Below, in pieces: positions 40,466 through 50,410 of a stretch of 64,000 nucleotides of DNA. The position numbers and the translations under genes were made by a program. A model generated the notes under the pieces. That model did not search any database, was not told the origin of the DNA, and saw nothing but the letters and a program-made list of their open reading frames with translations. The number at the start of each line of letters is the position of its first letter. Position 1 is the first letter of the stretch. Source of the DNA: Pseudomonadota bacterium (GTDB taxonomy: Bacteria; Bdellovibrionota_C; UBA2361; OMII01); assembly GCA_038134595.1 (NCBI GenBank), contig JAYPVM010000001.1:64001-128000 (forward strand). Direction: 5' to 3'.

Positions 40466-43009
40466 TTATTCCTTATCATCAGTAAGCTCAGCAACAGCAT
40501 CCACTAATCCTTTTGAAATGTAATCTCCCCGATGCATGCCCATGGATCGAACATTACCGTAGGTTTCGTTAGTTACAAGTCCAAAGCCCCTCTGCCTTAA
40601 GTACTCTCGTGAATTAGAACTACAGAAAAACTTCAAGGCCTTCAACCACCCTTCACCAAGGGTATCAACCTTTACATAATTGTCATCCAGAATACCTAGA
40701 GAAGTTTCAAGTTGCTCTGCATCATAAAACGCAACTCCATCCTGATCCTCGCACGGAATAGAAGAAACAAAAGAGCGAAGCTCGACATTTAGTCGCTTCA
40801 AACCATCCCGCCATGGAGCGCTTGCGCCGCCAGAAATGGTGCGCACATACCGTAGCAGGTCTATTCGCTTACCCAGTTCCTGAGTTCGTGGATCCTTAGC
40901 GTTTGATAAACGTGGGACTATCTCCTTAGCCTTACCAGCAAGACGCTCAATCATTAGCATTTCACTTGGTCGAAGATATGTTCTTTGGAGCGTATGCGGT
41001 TGGAGATGCTCCCCTGTTGTCTTAACGAGGGGATGTGTCAACAGCTGCTCTGCTAACGCAATCTCTTCCTCGTGTTGCCCTCGATGCTGGTAATCCTTTA
41101 CCTTAGGTTCTATCTCTCTAAAGACCCTGAATCTGTTCTTTGAGATAAGTCCTACCGAAAGCTCAGCAGTTATCTGCGCTCGATTATCAGGTACATAACC
41201 CAACCTTCGATCCTCGGAACGACGCCACAGCTCAGTCAAATCAAAAGCCTCTACACCAGGATAAAGGCCTTTATTTAACATCAACTGCTCTGAGAGATAG
41301 TATTGAGCTCCTGATAGAATCGTTGGGCTCCACTCTGCGAAAAAGTCACCGAAAGAGTCTCTATCAAGAGTTTGGCCCTCCTGAGACTCCTCAGCCGCTA
41401 GCGTCGCCTCAAAGAATTCAGTCTTTCGAAGCGCTCTAACAACACCGCAAATCATCTCTTGAAAATCTTTTACCGGCATCGAAGCTAATAGATTTTCTTC
41501 AGATTTGTTTACTCTGCTAAGAAACTGGTATTGCTTTATGGCGGCGAAGTCTGCCTGACCTAATACTGGGCCGGCAGTATCTGTTGTTCCTAGCTTTATC
41601 CCGATTTTGGCACCATAGATATGCTGCCGAAGGCGCTTCATCGGAACTGAATCTCCTAAACAATCTTCTTGAATCTCTCCACTATCTGTAAACGATACAA
41701 ATGCAAATCGCTCTGTAGCTTTTGCTAGCTCATCGGCAAAGAGTGTCACAAGACGCTTGTTCATATTAACCCGAAAGTCTCTTACGCCCTGTAGCCCAGC
41801 AATTCTACCAAAGTCTTGAATAGATATTCCGCTATCACTCTTTCGCAATGCGTCCGCCACTACTTCCTTTGCGCTCTCCATTGCCTCGTTAAGACGCAGT
41901 GGATCCTGCTGGTCTAGAGAAGCATACGTTTCCAAATCAGAGAGCACACTTCCGGTAGCCGCAGCCGTAGAGATGTAAGAATGAAGCCTTTGATACGCTA
42001 AAAGACCACGAAAAACCTCTCTTTCTCTTTCTACGCCAAGCTGTACAAGCGGGTCTCGTATCGCTTCGAATGCATCCACGATTCCTTGCGGCACATTTGG
42101 ATTTTCTTGTATATGCGTCTCAAACCATCCCATTAGTTGTCTTCCGACGTCGGCACTCACCTTACTGTTGCCCAATCGGATCTCGAACAATTCCTGCGCA
42201 AATGACGCCTGAGCTAAATGTTGTTCGTACTGCCTAGTGGCCGCTCTCAAAGCGATAAACGCCTCGGTATAGCGCGTCATAAGTGGGCTACTAGATGCTT
42301 TTACAGCGGGCGAAGCCTTTTGATCCTCAGAAACGCGGTCCTCTCCTAATTCTTGAAGAACTCTGAAAGCCTCTCTGTTTCTACGCCTCTGTGTTTCTGC
42401 ATTTGTCTCTTCTGATACTTTTTCAGGATCAAATGCGGAGAAGATCTTTATAAGGGCTTGTGTCTTGCAGAAAAATCCAATCGAATCTGCCGGTGAATCA
42501 GCTTTAAACACACTGTATACAGTACCACAGAGGACGTGCCCACTGGTTCCACGTACCGAGTGGCGCTGCGAAACTTGACCGTCTTCAACACAATCGTCGT
42601 TTACCTCTCCTTGAATTCGACATCCCGCCGGAAGATCGGCAACCGGTAGTAGAACTACCTGGGCGTTTTTGGCCGCAAGATATGGATCGTCCGAACCAAG
42701 GCGCGAGAGAAAATCTTGAAGTATTGGCCAGCTTCCCGAATATTCCGATAGCGTTCCAATCAACTTCGGCACCGCTTTAACATCACGTCGAGAAACTTCA
42801 TTGAGCATCCTAACCGAAAGTGTAGACTTTAGCTCTCCCTCGGTTAAAAGTTGCGATAACCGTTGAATATTCCGCTCAGACAATCCCCTGTAAACCGATT
42901 CGGCGACGCCCAGATTATGCAATGCTTGCGTGAGTTTTGGGGAAACAACACTGGAATCATCAGTATTGACTCTTGCTTCTGCTTCATTTGAATGTTTCGA
43001 TGTGCTCAT
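40466..43009 (-). CDS. Hypothetical protein (847 aa)
   Basis: Long ORF with GAGG/AGAG upstream; no recognisable motif. Confidence 0.85.
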   Translation of the reverse strand: MSTSKHSNEAEARVNTDDSSVVSPKLTQALHNLGVAESVYRGLSERNIQRLSQLLTEGELKSTLSVRMLNEVSRRDVKAVPKLIGTLSEYSGSWPILQDFLSRLGSDDPYLAAKNAQVVLLPVADLPAGCRIQGEVNDDCVEDGQVSQRHSVRGTSGHVLCGTVYSVFKADSPADSIGFFCKTQALIKIFSAFDPEKVSEETNAETQRRRNREAFRVLQELGEDRVSEDQKASPAVKASSSPLMTRYTEAFIALRAATRQYEQHLAQASFAQELFEIRLGNSKVSADVGRQLMGWFETHIQENPNVPQGIVDAFEAIRDPLVQLGVEREREVFRGLLAYQRLHSYISTAAATGSVLSDLETYASLDQQDPLRLNEAMESAKEVVADALRKSDSGISIQDFGRIAGLQGVRDFRVNMNKRLVTLFADELAKATERFAFVSFTDSGEIQEDCLGDSVPMKRLRQHIYGAKIGIKLGTTDTAGPVLGQADFAAIKQYQFLSRVNKSEENLLASMPVKDFQEMICGVVRALRKTEFFEATLAAEESQEGQTLDRDSFGDFFAEWSPTILSGAQYYLSEQLMLNKGLYPGVEAFDLTELWRRSEDRRLGYVPDNRAQITAELSVGLISKNRFRVFREIEPKVKDYQHRGQHEEEIALAEQLLTHPLVKTTGEHLQPHTLQRTYLRPSEMLMIERLAGKAKEIVPRLSNAKDPRTQELGKRIDLLRYVRTISGGASAPWRDGLKRLNVELRSFVSSIPCEDQDGVAFYDAEQLETSLGILDDNYVKVDTLGEGWLKALKFFCSSNSREYLRQRGFGLVTNETYGNVRSMGMHRGDYISKGLVDAVAELTDDKE

Positions 43010-43154
43010 TGTAGCTCTCTACCTCTTAACGCCTCTTAGACAACACAAAATGTGCCCTTAAGCTCGTCCGCATATTGATTTAAATTTTAAACTATGGCAA
43101 TTTAGGATTACAACGCCCAAATAAAGCGTCTATAAAACGGTCAAAGTGACAGCC

Positions 43155-44117
43155 ATGGCTAGACTGACAGAAAACCAGTGTGTTTTACTCACCAAACTCC
43201 AGCTCAATGCCACACAGAGCATCCCCAGCTTAGCTACCGGGCTTGGCCTTCCAGAGCACACCGTGCGATACGCACTCGCCAAGGCGATAGATGCTGGAAT
43301 CGTTACAAAGCGGTGTTTCTTAAATCCCTACACGCTGGGTTTTGCGCAGTATCAACTTTATTTTTCACTACGAGGAAAAAGTAAAGAAGCCTTCATCAAG
43401 GAGCTTGCCGATTCAGAGCTCGTGTCATGGATTGGCAAGCTAGGGGGGGATTTTAATTACGGAGCAAACTTCTGCGCCACCTCTATTACTGACGTCTACA
43501 AACTACTAGAAAGACTCTCACACAATCACGGGGGCGCGTTTCTTGATAAGGTATTTGCTACTCGCATGGCTTTTACCTATTTTGGAAATAGGTATCTGGC
43601 TCCTTCTATCCAATCACCATCCGCACTTAGTTATACGATGAATCAGTCGCTCCAGCCTATTGATGAGCTTGATCACACACTCCTGAAAAGCCTGGTAAAA
43701 GATCCCTCTATCTCAGCACGACAAAGAGCACGAGAGCTAGCTATTCCTCAATCAACAGTGGATTATCGTCTTCGGTCGCTTGAGGAGCGCGGTGTTATTA
43801 GTGGCTATTACTACGAAGTAGATCCAACAACGATAGGCTATTCATCCTATCTAGTACTCATCAGCACACGGGGAATAAGCTCTCGACTCTATGAAGCTTT
43901 ATTAGATTTTGCCGAAAGAGAGAAAAACATTGTAGTTCTTACCCAGGCGCTTGGAACATGGGATTTTGAGCTTGGTATCGACGCCTCATCGCCTCAAGGG
44001 GCACTGCTCGTATATGAGAGGCTTACAGAAGAATTTGCCAACTATATAAACTGGAGTAAATTACTCCCCCATTTCGGCAACGTAAAAGTAAAAGAGTATC
44101 CCCGAGAATCTCTTTAA
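43155..44117 (+). CDS. Tandem Lrp/AsnC-type transcriptional regulator
   Basis: Two wHTH plus RAM-like units (SIPSLATGLGLPEHTVRYAL...LGGDFNY; IDELDHTLL...STVDYRLRSLEERGVI...LGTWDFE). Confidence 0.85.
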   Translation: MARLTENQCVLLTKLQLNATQSIPSLATGLGLPEHTVRYALAKAIDAGIVTKRCFLNPYTLGFAQYQLYFSLRGKSKEAFIKELADSELVSWIGKLGGDFNYGANFCATSITDVYKLLERLSHNHGGAFLDKVFATRMAFTYFGNRYLAPSIQSPSALSYTMNQSLQPIDELDHTLLKSLVKDPSISARQRARELAIPQSTVDYRLRSLEERGVISGYYYEVDPTTIGYSSYLVLISTRGISSRLYEALLDFAEREKNIVVLTQALGTWDFELGIDASSPQGALLVYERLTEEFANYINWSKLLPHFGNVKVKEYPRESL

Positions 44118-44140
44118 AAGGGCGTCATAGCCTACTGACG

Positions 44141-45952
44141 CTATTTATCTAACTGCTTTTTCAAGTCTTCAAGTTCATCCCAACGCTTATAAAGATCATC
44201 AACGGCCTTTTTGGCCGCATCGTACGACTCACTTAGTTTTGTGAGTTTTTCCGCGTTCGTCGCATTCTCAGGATTTTCCAACTCGCTACTTATGACTGCA
44301 AGAGACTCCTCAGCTTTAAGAATAGACTGCTCCATGCCATCTAGTTCTCGTTGCTCCATATAAGAGAGCTTTGTCTTCTTCTTTCCAGTCGGCGGCAACT
44401 TAGATTCAGCTCGGGTTTGTTCTGCCCTATTTTTCTCTTTCGATTCTCTTTTGGCATCTTCCCACTGCGCATAATCAGCACACAGAGTAGCTTTGCCGTC
44501 GGATAAGCCAATGACTCCCGTTGCTACTCGAGTGAGCATATATCTATCATGTGTTACCAGAACAACCGCACCGGGAAATGACTCACACGCATCCTCCAAT
44601 ACCTCTAGCGTCTGAATATCCAGATCATTTGTAGGCTCATCAAAAACTAACACATCAATTTCTTTGGCCATAAGAATAGCTAAAAGTGCTCTAGCTTGCT
44701 CACCTCCAGATAATGACTCGATGGGAAGAGATAAATGGGAATGAGAAAACAAAAATCTATCAGCCCACGCAGCAACATGAACAGGTTTTCCACGTACAAC
44801 AATCGAGTCACTATCAGGAGCAAGAGCCTCTTTTAATGTGATCCCTGCACCAAGCCCCTTTCTGGCTTGGTCAAAGAATCCGACCGATAGCCCCTTTGCG
44901 ATCTTTATCTTTCCGGTTGTAGGCTGATTTTTTCCAAGGAGTACCGACAAGAGCGACGTTTTGCCACTTCCATTCGCACCTACAACCCCGATTTTATCTC
45001 CAGGTGATATGCAAACAGAGAGACTACTAAAGAGCGTTTTCTCTCCGATAGAATATCCAACGCTTTCAAGCTTGATAAGTTCCTTAGTCTTTCGCTCTGA
45101 AGAGCCAAACGACAAGTTAGCTCTTCTTTGATCGAGGTTGATTCCCCCAAGCGTATCAATCATATCGTGAGCCCGCTTGATTCGAGACTTTGATTTTGTC
45201 GTACGTGCTTTGACACCGGCTCGGAGCCATGCCACCTCTCGACGAACCTTATTCGCCAATGAATCTTTCATCTGTTGGAGCGATTCAAGATACAGTGCTC
45301 TGCTCTCTAAAAAGTCGCTATAGCTTCCATCACTTGCAAATGTCCCCGACGGATAACGAGGATGAAGCTCAACAACCCGCTTTGCTACCTGTTCAATAAA
45401 CCACCTATCGTGGCTTACCGTAACAATCGCACCCCGAAATCCAGCGACCTGTTTCTCTAACCATTCGATACTTTCGATATCGAGATGATTTGTTGGCTCA
45501 TCAAGAAGCAAGAGATCAGGCTCACTAGCAAAACCACACGCAAGAGAAAGCCTCTTTCTCCAGCCCCCTGATAGCTCAGAAACTGGCTGTGCGAAATCTT
45601 CAAAACCACACCGCCCAAGCCACATAGAGGATCTGCGGAGAACGTCTTGGTGGTCGATGCCATCAGAGACAAGACCCTGCTCGAGCACTTCCTGCACCGT
45701 AACGTTTCCCTCGAATGTCTCTAATTGAGGTACGTATGAGATTCTTGTGCCGCTACGCACATGAACTTCTCCCTCATCAGCGGTTTCATACCCAGAGAGA
45801 ATCTTTAACAGTGTCGACTTCCCAGCGCCGTTTGGGCCAATTAAAACCACTCTATCGTTTTCATATAAAACAAGGGAAAGCTCAGAAAAAAGTTTTCTGT
45901 CGCCTAAATCTCGAGTAATTTCTTGGAGGCTTATGAGAGAGGCTTTAGTCAT
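44141..45952 (-). CDS. uup: ABC-F ATPase, Uup-like
   Basis: Two ABC domains (GPNGAGKS/LSGGW/DEPTNHLD and GANGSGKT/LSGGE/DEPTNDLD), GVKARTTK linker and KLSY...RWDEL C-terminal hairpin. Confidence 0.9.
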   Translation of the reverse strand: MTKASLISLQEITRDLGDRKLFSELSLVLYENDRVVLIGPNGAGKSTLLKILSGYETADEGEVHVRSGTRISYVPQLETFEGNVTVQEVLEQGLVSDGIDHQDVLRRSSMWLGRCGFEDFAQPVSELSGGWRKRLSLACGFASEPDLLLLDEPTNHLDIESIEWLEKQVAGFRGAIVTVSHDRWFIEQVAKRVVELHPRYPSGTFASDGSYSDFLESRALYLESLQQMKDSLANKVRREVAWLRAGVKARTTKSKSRIKRAHDMIDTLGGINLDQRRANLSFGSSERKTKELIKLESVGYSIGEKTLFSSLSVCISPGDKIGVVGANGSGKTSLLSVLLGKNQPTTGKIKIAKGLSVGFFDQARKGLGAGITLKEALAPDSDSIVVRGKPVHVAAWADRFLFSHSHLSLPIESLSGGEQARALLAILMAKEIDVLVFDEPTNDLDIQTLEVLEDACESFPGAVVLVTHDRYMLTRVATGVIGLSDGKATLCADYAQWEDAKRESKEKNRAEQTRAESKLPPTGKKKTKLSYMEQRELDGMEQSILKAEESLAVISSELENPENATNAEKLTKLSESYDAAKKAVDDLYKRWDELEDLKKQLDK

Positions 45953-46365
45953 CAGAAAAGAGCAAGTTTACACGGCGTACAGTTAATAAATGTATCGGGT
46001 ATACTTAAGTCTTTGCCGATCAAAATAGCAAGCGTTTAGACGGCTATTTCTATCCCTCTCCAAACATGGCTCTACTCAACCCTCGCGTCAGGAGCTTTGC
46101 TGGTAGTAACCTCAAAGTATTTTTGCTCATGAATGTCCACAAAATTGCGCAATGGTGTCCGGAGTTATAAAGACTCTTTAATTTAACCAACGACTTCCAT
46201 GAAGACGTGCTTCACAGTACAATCTTTGGCCATAGTAACTCATGACAGCTCCCAACAAGTCACCCATAGCGATGTCATTTCACCTTGAAACCTTTCACGG
46301 CTAAAGAGTATGCTTTCAGGCAAGAGCGCTTCTCTGTCATCTGCAGAACCTTCAAGTCATGCATT

Positions 46366-46863
46366 ATGTGTCTTCATCAGTTTCATACCCCATTAGGCTG
46401 CATTGAGATTCTAACTGCAGCTACTCGTGCTGTATGTCGTGTAAAATTTATTCAGTGTTCGCACCAGACAGAAGGCTATAATCCTTTAGAAAGCAGTCCA
46501 GTAAAGAGCCAGATAATGCGGTATCTAAATCGACGCTCCTTTGACTTTCGTTTTTCCACGGCAATTTCGGCAACACCTTTCGAAAAGCGCGTATGGCAAA
46601 TTGTATGCTCCATTCCCTATGGAGAAACGAGAACCTACAAGCAAGTAGCCTGTGCTCTTGGAATTTCAAAGGGAGCCCAAGCCGTTGGAAATGCGTTGAA
46701 GAAAAATCCGCTTTTACTCATAATTCCCTGTCATCGAGTTGTTAGTAGTAAGGTACATGACCTAGGCGGGTACCAAGCTGGTATTGAAATAAAGCAAAGA
46801 CTTATCTCGTTAGAGAAAAATGCCCCTACAATCATTCGCGCCCGACATCCGCATATCCCCTAG
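46366..46863 (+). CDS. ogt: Methylated-DNA-protein cysteine methyltransferase
   Basis: TPLG, IPYGETRTY, AVGNA and the PCHRV active site. Confidence 0.92.
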   Translation: MCLHQFHTPLGCIEILTAATRAVCRVKFIQCSHQTEGYNPLESSPVKSQIMRYLNRRSFDFRFSTAISATPFEKRVWQIVCSIPYGETRTYKQVACALGISKGAQAVGNALKKNPLLLIIPCHRVVSSKVHDLGGYQAGIEIKQRLISLEKNAPTIIRARHPHIP

Positions 46864-47019
46864 TGAGAGCCGCATCTCCCCGCAAATCTCATCTCTTATG
46901 AAGACCGCTATCTAATAGAATTACCTACTATCCTCAATATTTACTAACATATTCCTTCGTAAAGTATCTCATCCTAGGCCTTTTCTCATAACCCTACACT
47001 AGAGAGGTTTTCTATCAAC

Positions 47020-47904
47020 ATGACAATACACACAGCCCGCACCACTAATTCGGAACCTACCTCCACTGCGTCCCCTGTTGAGGCTACTACCCCGAACGCG
47101 TCTCCTAGTTTGAGCCAATCAAATTTTTCGCAAAATCTTAGAAACACGTTTTTAGGTGAAAGACTAGCTCCTGGCGTCGCAGTTCAGTTTATTGACGGAC
47201 CTCCTCAGATGCATCTACTTAAAACAGACGCCCAAAGCACCTTTGCGCATGTACGCTCCGCATCCGATGCAATGAGCAGACTTCTTAGAGAGCACGGGCA
47301 AATAATCGCCCCAACTCCTAGTAAAGACGCCATGCGGGTGCTTCTTCTCTCACTTGTCAGACTCCATGATGGAGAATCCGAGGAGCTTAAACGAACTATC
47401 TCTGAGATTAAGAAACTAGACCTCAACAAGCCTTCAAATCCAGATTGGAAAAAAAATATTGCACTTAAAATTGGCGGCCTCGATGCCCACCTTGCTATTT
47501 CAATAGAACAAAAATCATTTACCATCTCGCGATTTATCTCCAGAAACTTATCAGCCGAAGCCAAGCGTAATAAGTATGGTTTTGAAGTCTCGATAGTGCG
47601 AACAGACTCAGACGAAAGCGCCTCAGTATCGCTCCTTAGAAGCGCATTTAGCAGACGTGTCATGGAGTGGTCTTCGAGAGCTGTTCCAGCCGCTCTAATT
47701 CTCATATCGTATCTTGGATCAAGCGCCCAGAGCGCCCTTGTTTCAAGCATTGGAATCTTAGAACCGGTAGTAGGGGGGCTTGCTTGCGTTGCGATAAGCG
47801 AAGCTCTTATGCGCCGCCTTCGACACGGTCACTGGCTTAGCAAGCCTCCAAATAATGATTTGCAAAAAGAGGCTCCGCAGATAGAGGGATCTGTCACCAA
47901 CTGA
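47020..47904 (+). CDS. Hypothetical protein with S/T/P-rich N-terminus and C-terminal hydrophobic hairpin
   Basis: 294-aa ORF with GAGG RBS; two hydrophobic segments near the C-terminus. Confidence 0.7.
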   Translation: MTIHTARTTNSEPTSTASPVEATTPNASPSLSQSNFSQNLRNTFLGERLAPGVAVQFIDGPPQMHLLKTDAQSTFAHVRSASDAMSRLLREHGQIIAPTPSKDAMRVLLLSLVRLHDGESEELKRTISEIKKLDLNKPSNPDWKKNIALKIGGLDAHLAISIEQKSFTISRFISRNLSAEAKRNKYGFEVSIVRTDSDESASVSLLRSAFSRRVMEWSSRAVPAALILISYLGSSAQSALVSSIGILEPVVGGLACVAISEALMRRLRHGHWLSKPPNNDLQKEAPQIEGSVTN

Positions 47905-48308
47905 GCAAAATAGAACATCACCACTCGACCTCGTTCTTTAAAGCACGCGGAGCCTTATCCAGAGCTCATAACTTTTTACAGTTAAAAAAAAAGGAATCGG
48001 TCGACCTTTAACCATGGAAACCCAACCCCAAGGCAGTTTGCTAAAACAGCTGGCTAACAGTCTGCAAATAGCCAGCGTCTTCTCTGGGTTGTATAAGGTA
48101 GCTGAGGTCATACACGCGGCATCGGAAAGTTATCCGAGCTCCCTTATCACTTCTAGGCGCATTTACGATCTAATCCATACGTCATTACCACTAGTTGTAT
48201 AGTAGTTAGAAAGCCTTAGCTCCATTCACACAGAAAGGTGTAATGAAGACACACGTGTGCATTAATAAAAGCTTGATCTATTATATTTAATAGCCTATCC
48301 TAGCAAAT

Positions 48309-49454
48309 ATGGATGGCGTGATTAACCTTTGCTTTATCAATACATTACAGGCGAGAATTGAAGCTAACACCGATTTGGTTCAGGTCATACTGGGGCCTCG
48401 ACAGGTCGGCAAGACCACTACCACCCTTAAACTTCTTGAAGAGCATTATCAGTCAAAGTCAATATACGTTAGCGCTGATAGCGTGTTCAATGCCGACCAC
48501 GGCTGGCTTCGAACCAACTGGCAGTTGGCACTACAGGAGCAGAAAATCTTAGTTATTGACGAGATCCAGAAATGCTTTAACTGGGCTGAGTCGATTAAGG
48601 CTCTTTACGACGAAACCAAGCGCGAAAGGAAAAGTCTTACCTGTGTTCTTCTCGGCTCAAGCTCGCTAGAAATTCAGAAAGGGCTTTCAGAGAGCCTTAC
48701 CGGTCGCTTTCAGCTAATCCAAATTCAACATTGGAATTTTGCCGAATCAACGCTGGGGTACGGCTTAAGCTTCGATGAGTTTCTACACTATGGGGGCTAC
48801 CCCGGCTCGTACAAGCTCATAGGAACAAACGATTGGTATGATTATGTGAAAAATTCAATCATATCAACCGTAGTCGAAAGAGACATCTTGCAATTTAACA
48901 AGGTAAAAAACCCAGCTCTCTTCCGACAAGCTTTTGAGCTTCTCATCTCTTATCCGGCTCAGGAGATATCTTATACGAAGCTACTAGGACAACTACAAGA
49001 CAGAGGAAATGTGGAGCTCATCAAGCACTATATCAGCTTGTATGAAGGGGCTTACTTGATAAAGACGATAGAAAAATATTCACCCAAACCAATCAAGGTA
49101 AAATCCTCTTCGCCTAAGATTATTCCTCTCGCGCCCGCCCTAGTGTTGTTACCTATTCGAACTCCTTTTTCCACAGAGGAACGCGGGCGCGCGTTTGAAG
49201 CTCTTGTAGGCGCTCAGCTTGTGCGTACTGGCGAGGATCTATTCTACTGGCGAGAGGGTAAGTATGAGGTCGATTTCATTCTTAAGAAAGGGCACAGACT
49301 ATGGGGAATAGAGGTAAAAAGCGGCAGAAAGAAAAGTCTGACAGGCTTGGATGTTTTCAAGCGAAAGTTCCCTGACGCTCAAGTTGTAGTTATTACAATC
49401 GATAACTACCAAACTTTTGAACGCAATCCCATCCATTTCTTGGAAGGACAGTAA
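48309..49454 (+). CDS. AAA_14 ATPase with DUF4143 / C-terminal restriction-endonuclease-like domain
   Basis: GPRQVGKTT, VIDEIQ, LGSS, ESLTGR, YGGYP and YWR...EVDF...IEVKSG. Confidence 0.9.
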   Translation: MDGVINLCFINTLQARIEANTDLVQVILGPRQVGKTTTTLKLLEEHYQSKSIYVSADSVFNADHGWLRTNWQLALQEQKILVIDEIQKCFNWAESIKALYDETKRERKSLTCVLLGSSSLEIQKGLSESLTGRFQLIQIQHWNFAESTLGYGLSFDEFLHYGGYPGSYKLIGTNDWYDYVKNSIISTVVERDILQFNKVKNPALFRQAFELLISYPAQEISYTKLLGQLQDRGNVELIKHYISLYEGAYLIKTIEKYSPKPIKVKSSSPKIIPLAPALVLLPIRTPFSTEERGRAFEALVGAQLVRTGEDLFYWREGKYEVDFILKKGHRLWGIEVKSGRKKSLTGLDVFKRKFPDAQVVVITIDNYQTFERNPIHFLEGQ

Positions 49455-49583
49455 TTTAATAACCTCGAGTTAAAAACTACCCAGATTTCCTCTTTTCGCC
49501 CCCTCGCTGCTCGCTCGGGGGAAATCCAAATTTCAAAAAATCCAAAAAATTCCCAATCACTCAAAACCCAACTACCAAATTCT

Positions 49584-50303
49584 TTATTCCGGGGAAACGC
49601 ACGCAGAAAAACCGATATCATCGTAGACATCGTCGTCGTAGATCGGATAAGCCACCAAACCATTACCATCGAAGCTAAGCCCGCCGTCGACAGCACGAAT
49701 AAAATACGACCAGCTTTTTTGCCTATTACGCCATCCAAACAAAGGCTCCCCGGTTGCTATCCAATGAAGGCAAAACGCTACTGCTAAGTCCTCTAAGTTT
49801 GCCATGGTAAACTCTTTGCCTAAAAACGCTTCTTGCTCCTCCCTCGTCTTACCAACTCCACCAGGAACATGCCCATCTATACAAAGCCTCTTGGAGGTTG
49901 ATTGTTTGCTGGAAAATCTATCTTCTTGTTTCCACTTTGCTAGGTGCTCTGAATATATGAAAGGTCTTCCATCTGGATGCCTTATCAACCCCTGCACCTC
50001 CTCTAGTATCTCTATACGAGATACACCTTTTGGTATCACAAACAAAACCGTGTGGTCGTTTATGACTTCCACTCCGTATTTTGCTAAGAGTATTCCTTTG
50101 GGGCCCAACTCTCGCTGAAGGTCAATAAAGGGTTTTGTTCTTAGGTTCGCTTCTTCTAGTAGGTCTCTTGCTCCTTGAAGGTCTCCGCTCTCCTGACACT
50201 CTTTAAGTCTACCTTCTACTTCTTTCTTATACTCTGCCATCTCTGGAGCAAGTGCTCGGTAGGCTTGGCCCCGCTCTCTATAGTAAGAAAAAGTATTCTC
50301 CAT
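49584..50303 (-). CDS. Hypothetical protein; candidate DGR target with C-terminal variable-region-like segment
   Basis: 239-aa ORF; C-terminus IRAVDGGLSFDGNGLVAYPIYDDDVYDDIGFSA with strong codon bias (see findings). Confidence 0.75.
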   Translation of the reverse strand: MENTFSYYRERGQAYRALAPEMAEYKKEVEGRLKECQESGDLQGARDLLEEANLRTKPFIDLQRELGPKGILLAKYGVEVINDHTVLFVIPKGVSRIEILEEVQGLIRHPDGRPFIYSEHLAKWKQEDRFSSKQSTSKRLCIDGHVPGGVGKTREEQEAFLGKEFTMANLEDLAVAFCLHWIATGEPLFGWRNRQKSWSYFIRAVDGGLSFDGNGLVAYPIYDDDVYDDIGFSACVSPE

Positions 50304-50410
50304 GTCTTAATAGTGGAACATTGCTCGCTTTTTCTTTAAGGCGTTTTGAGAGCTACGCTATTTGATACAAACAACAATACAATTAGGGGCTTAGGTGGGA
50401 AAACGATGAA

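Noticed and set aside
47205..47750. 181-aa antisense ORF (and similar ones such as 57630..58217, 58931..59428, 16824..17261)
   Set aside because: Lie almost entirely antisense to better-supported genes; no motifs.
48014..48202. 62-aa ORF after an A9 run
   Set aside because: No recognisable features and a poorly spaced RBS; cannot be supported.
49406..49738. 110-aa alternative-frame ORF over the VR-like region
   Set aside because: Likely a by-product of the A-poor sequence, which lacks stops. It overlaps two genes.
47900..50410. Complete DGR cassette around the VR-like gene
   Set aside because: No reverse transcriptase, avd or second copy of the segment was found by eye in this window.
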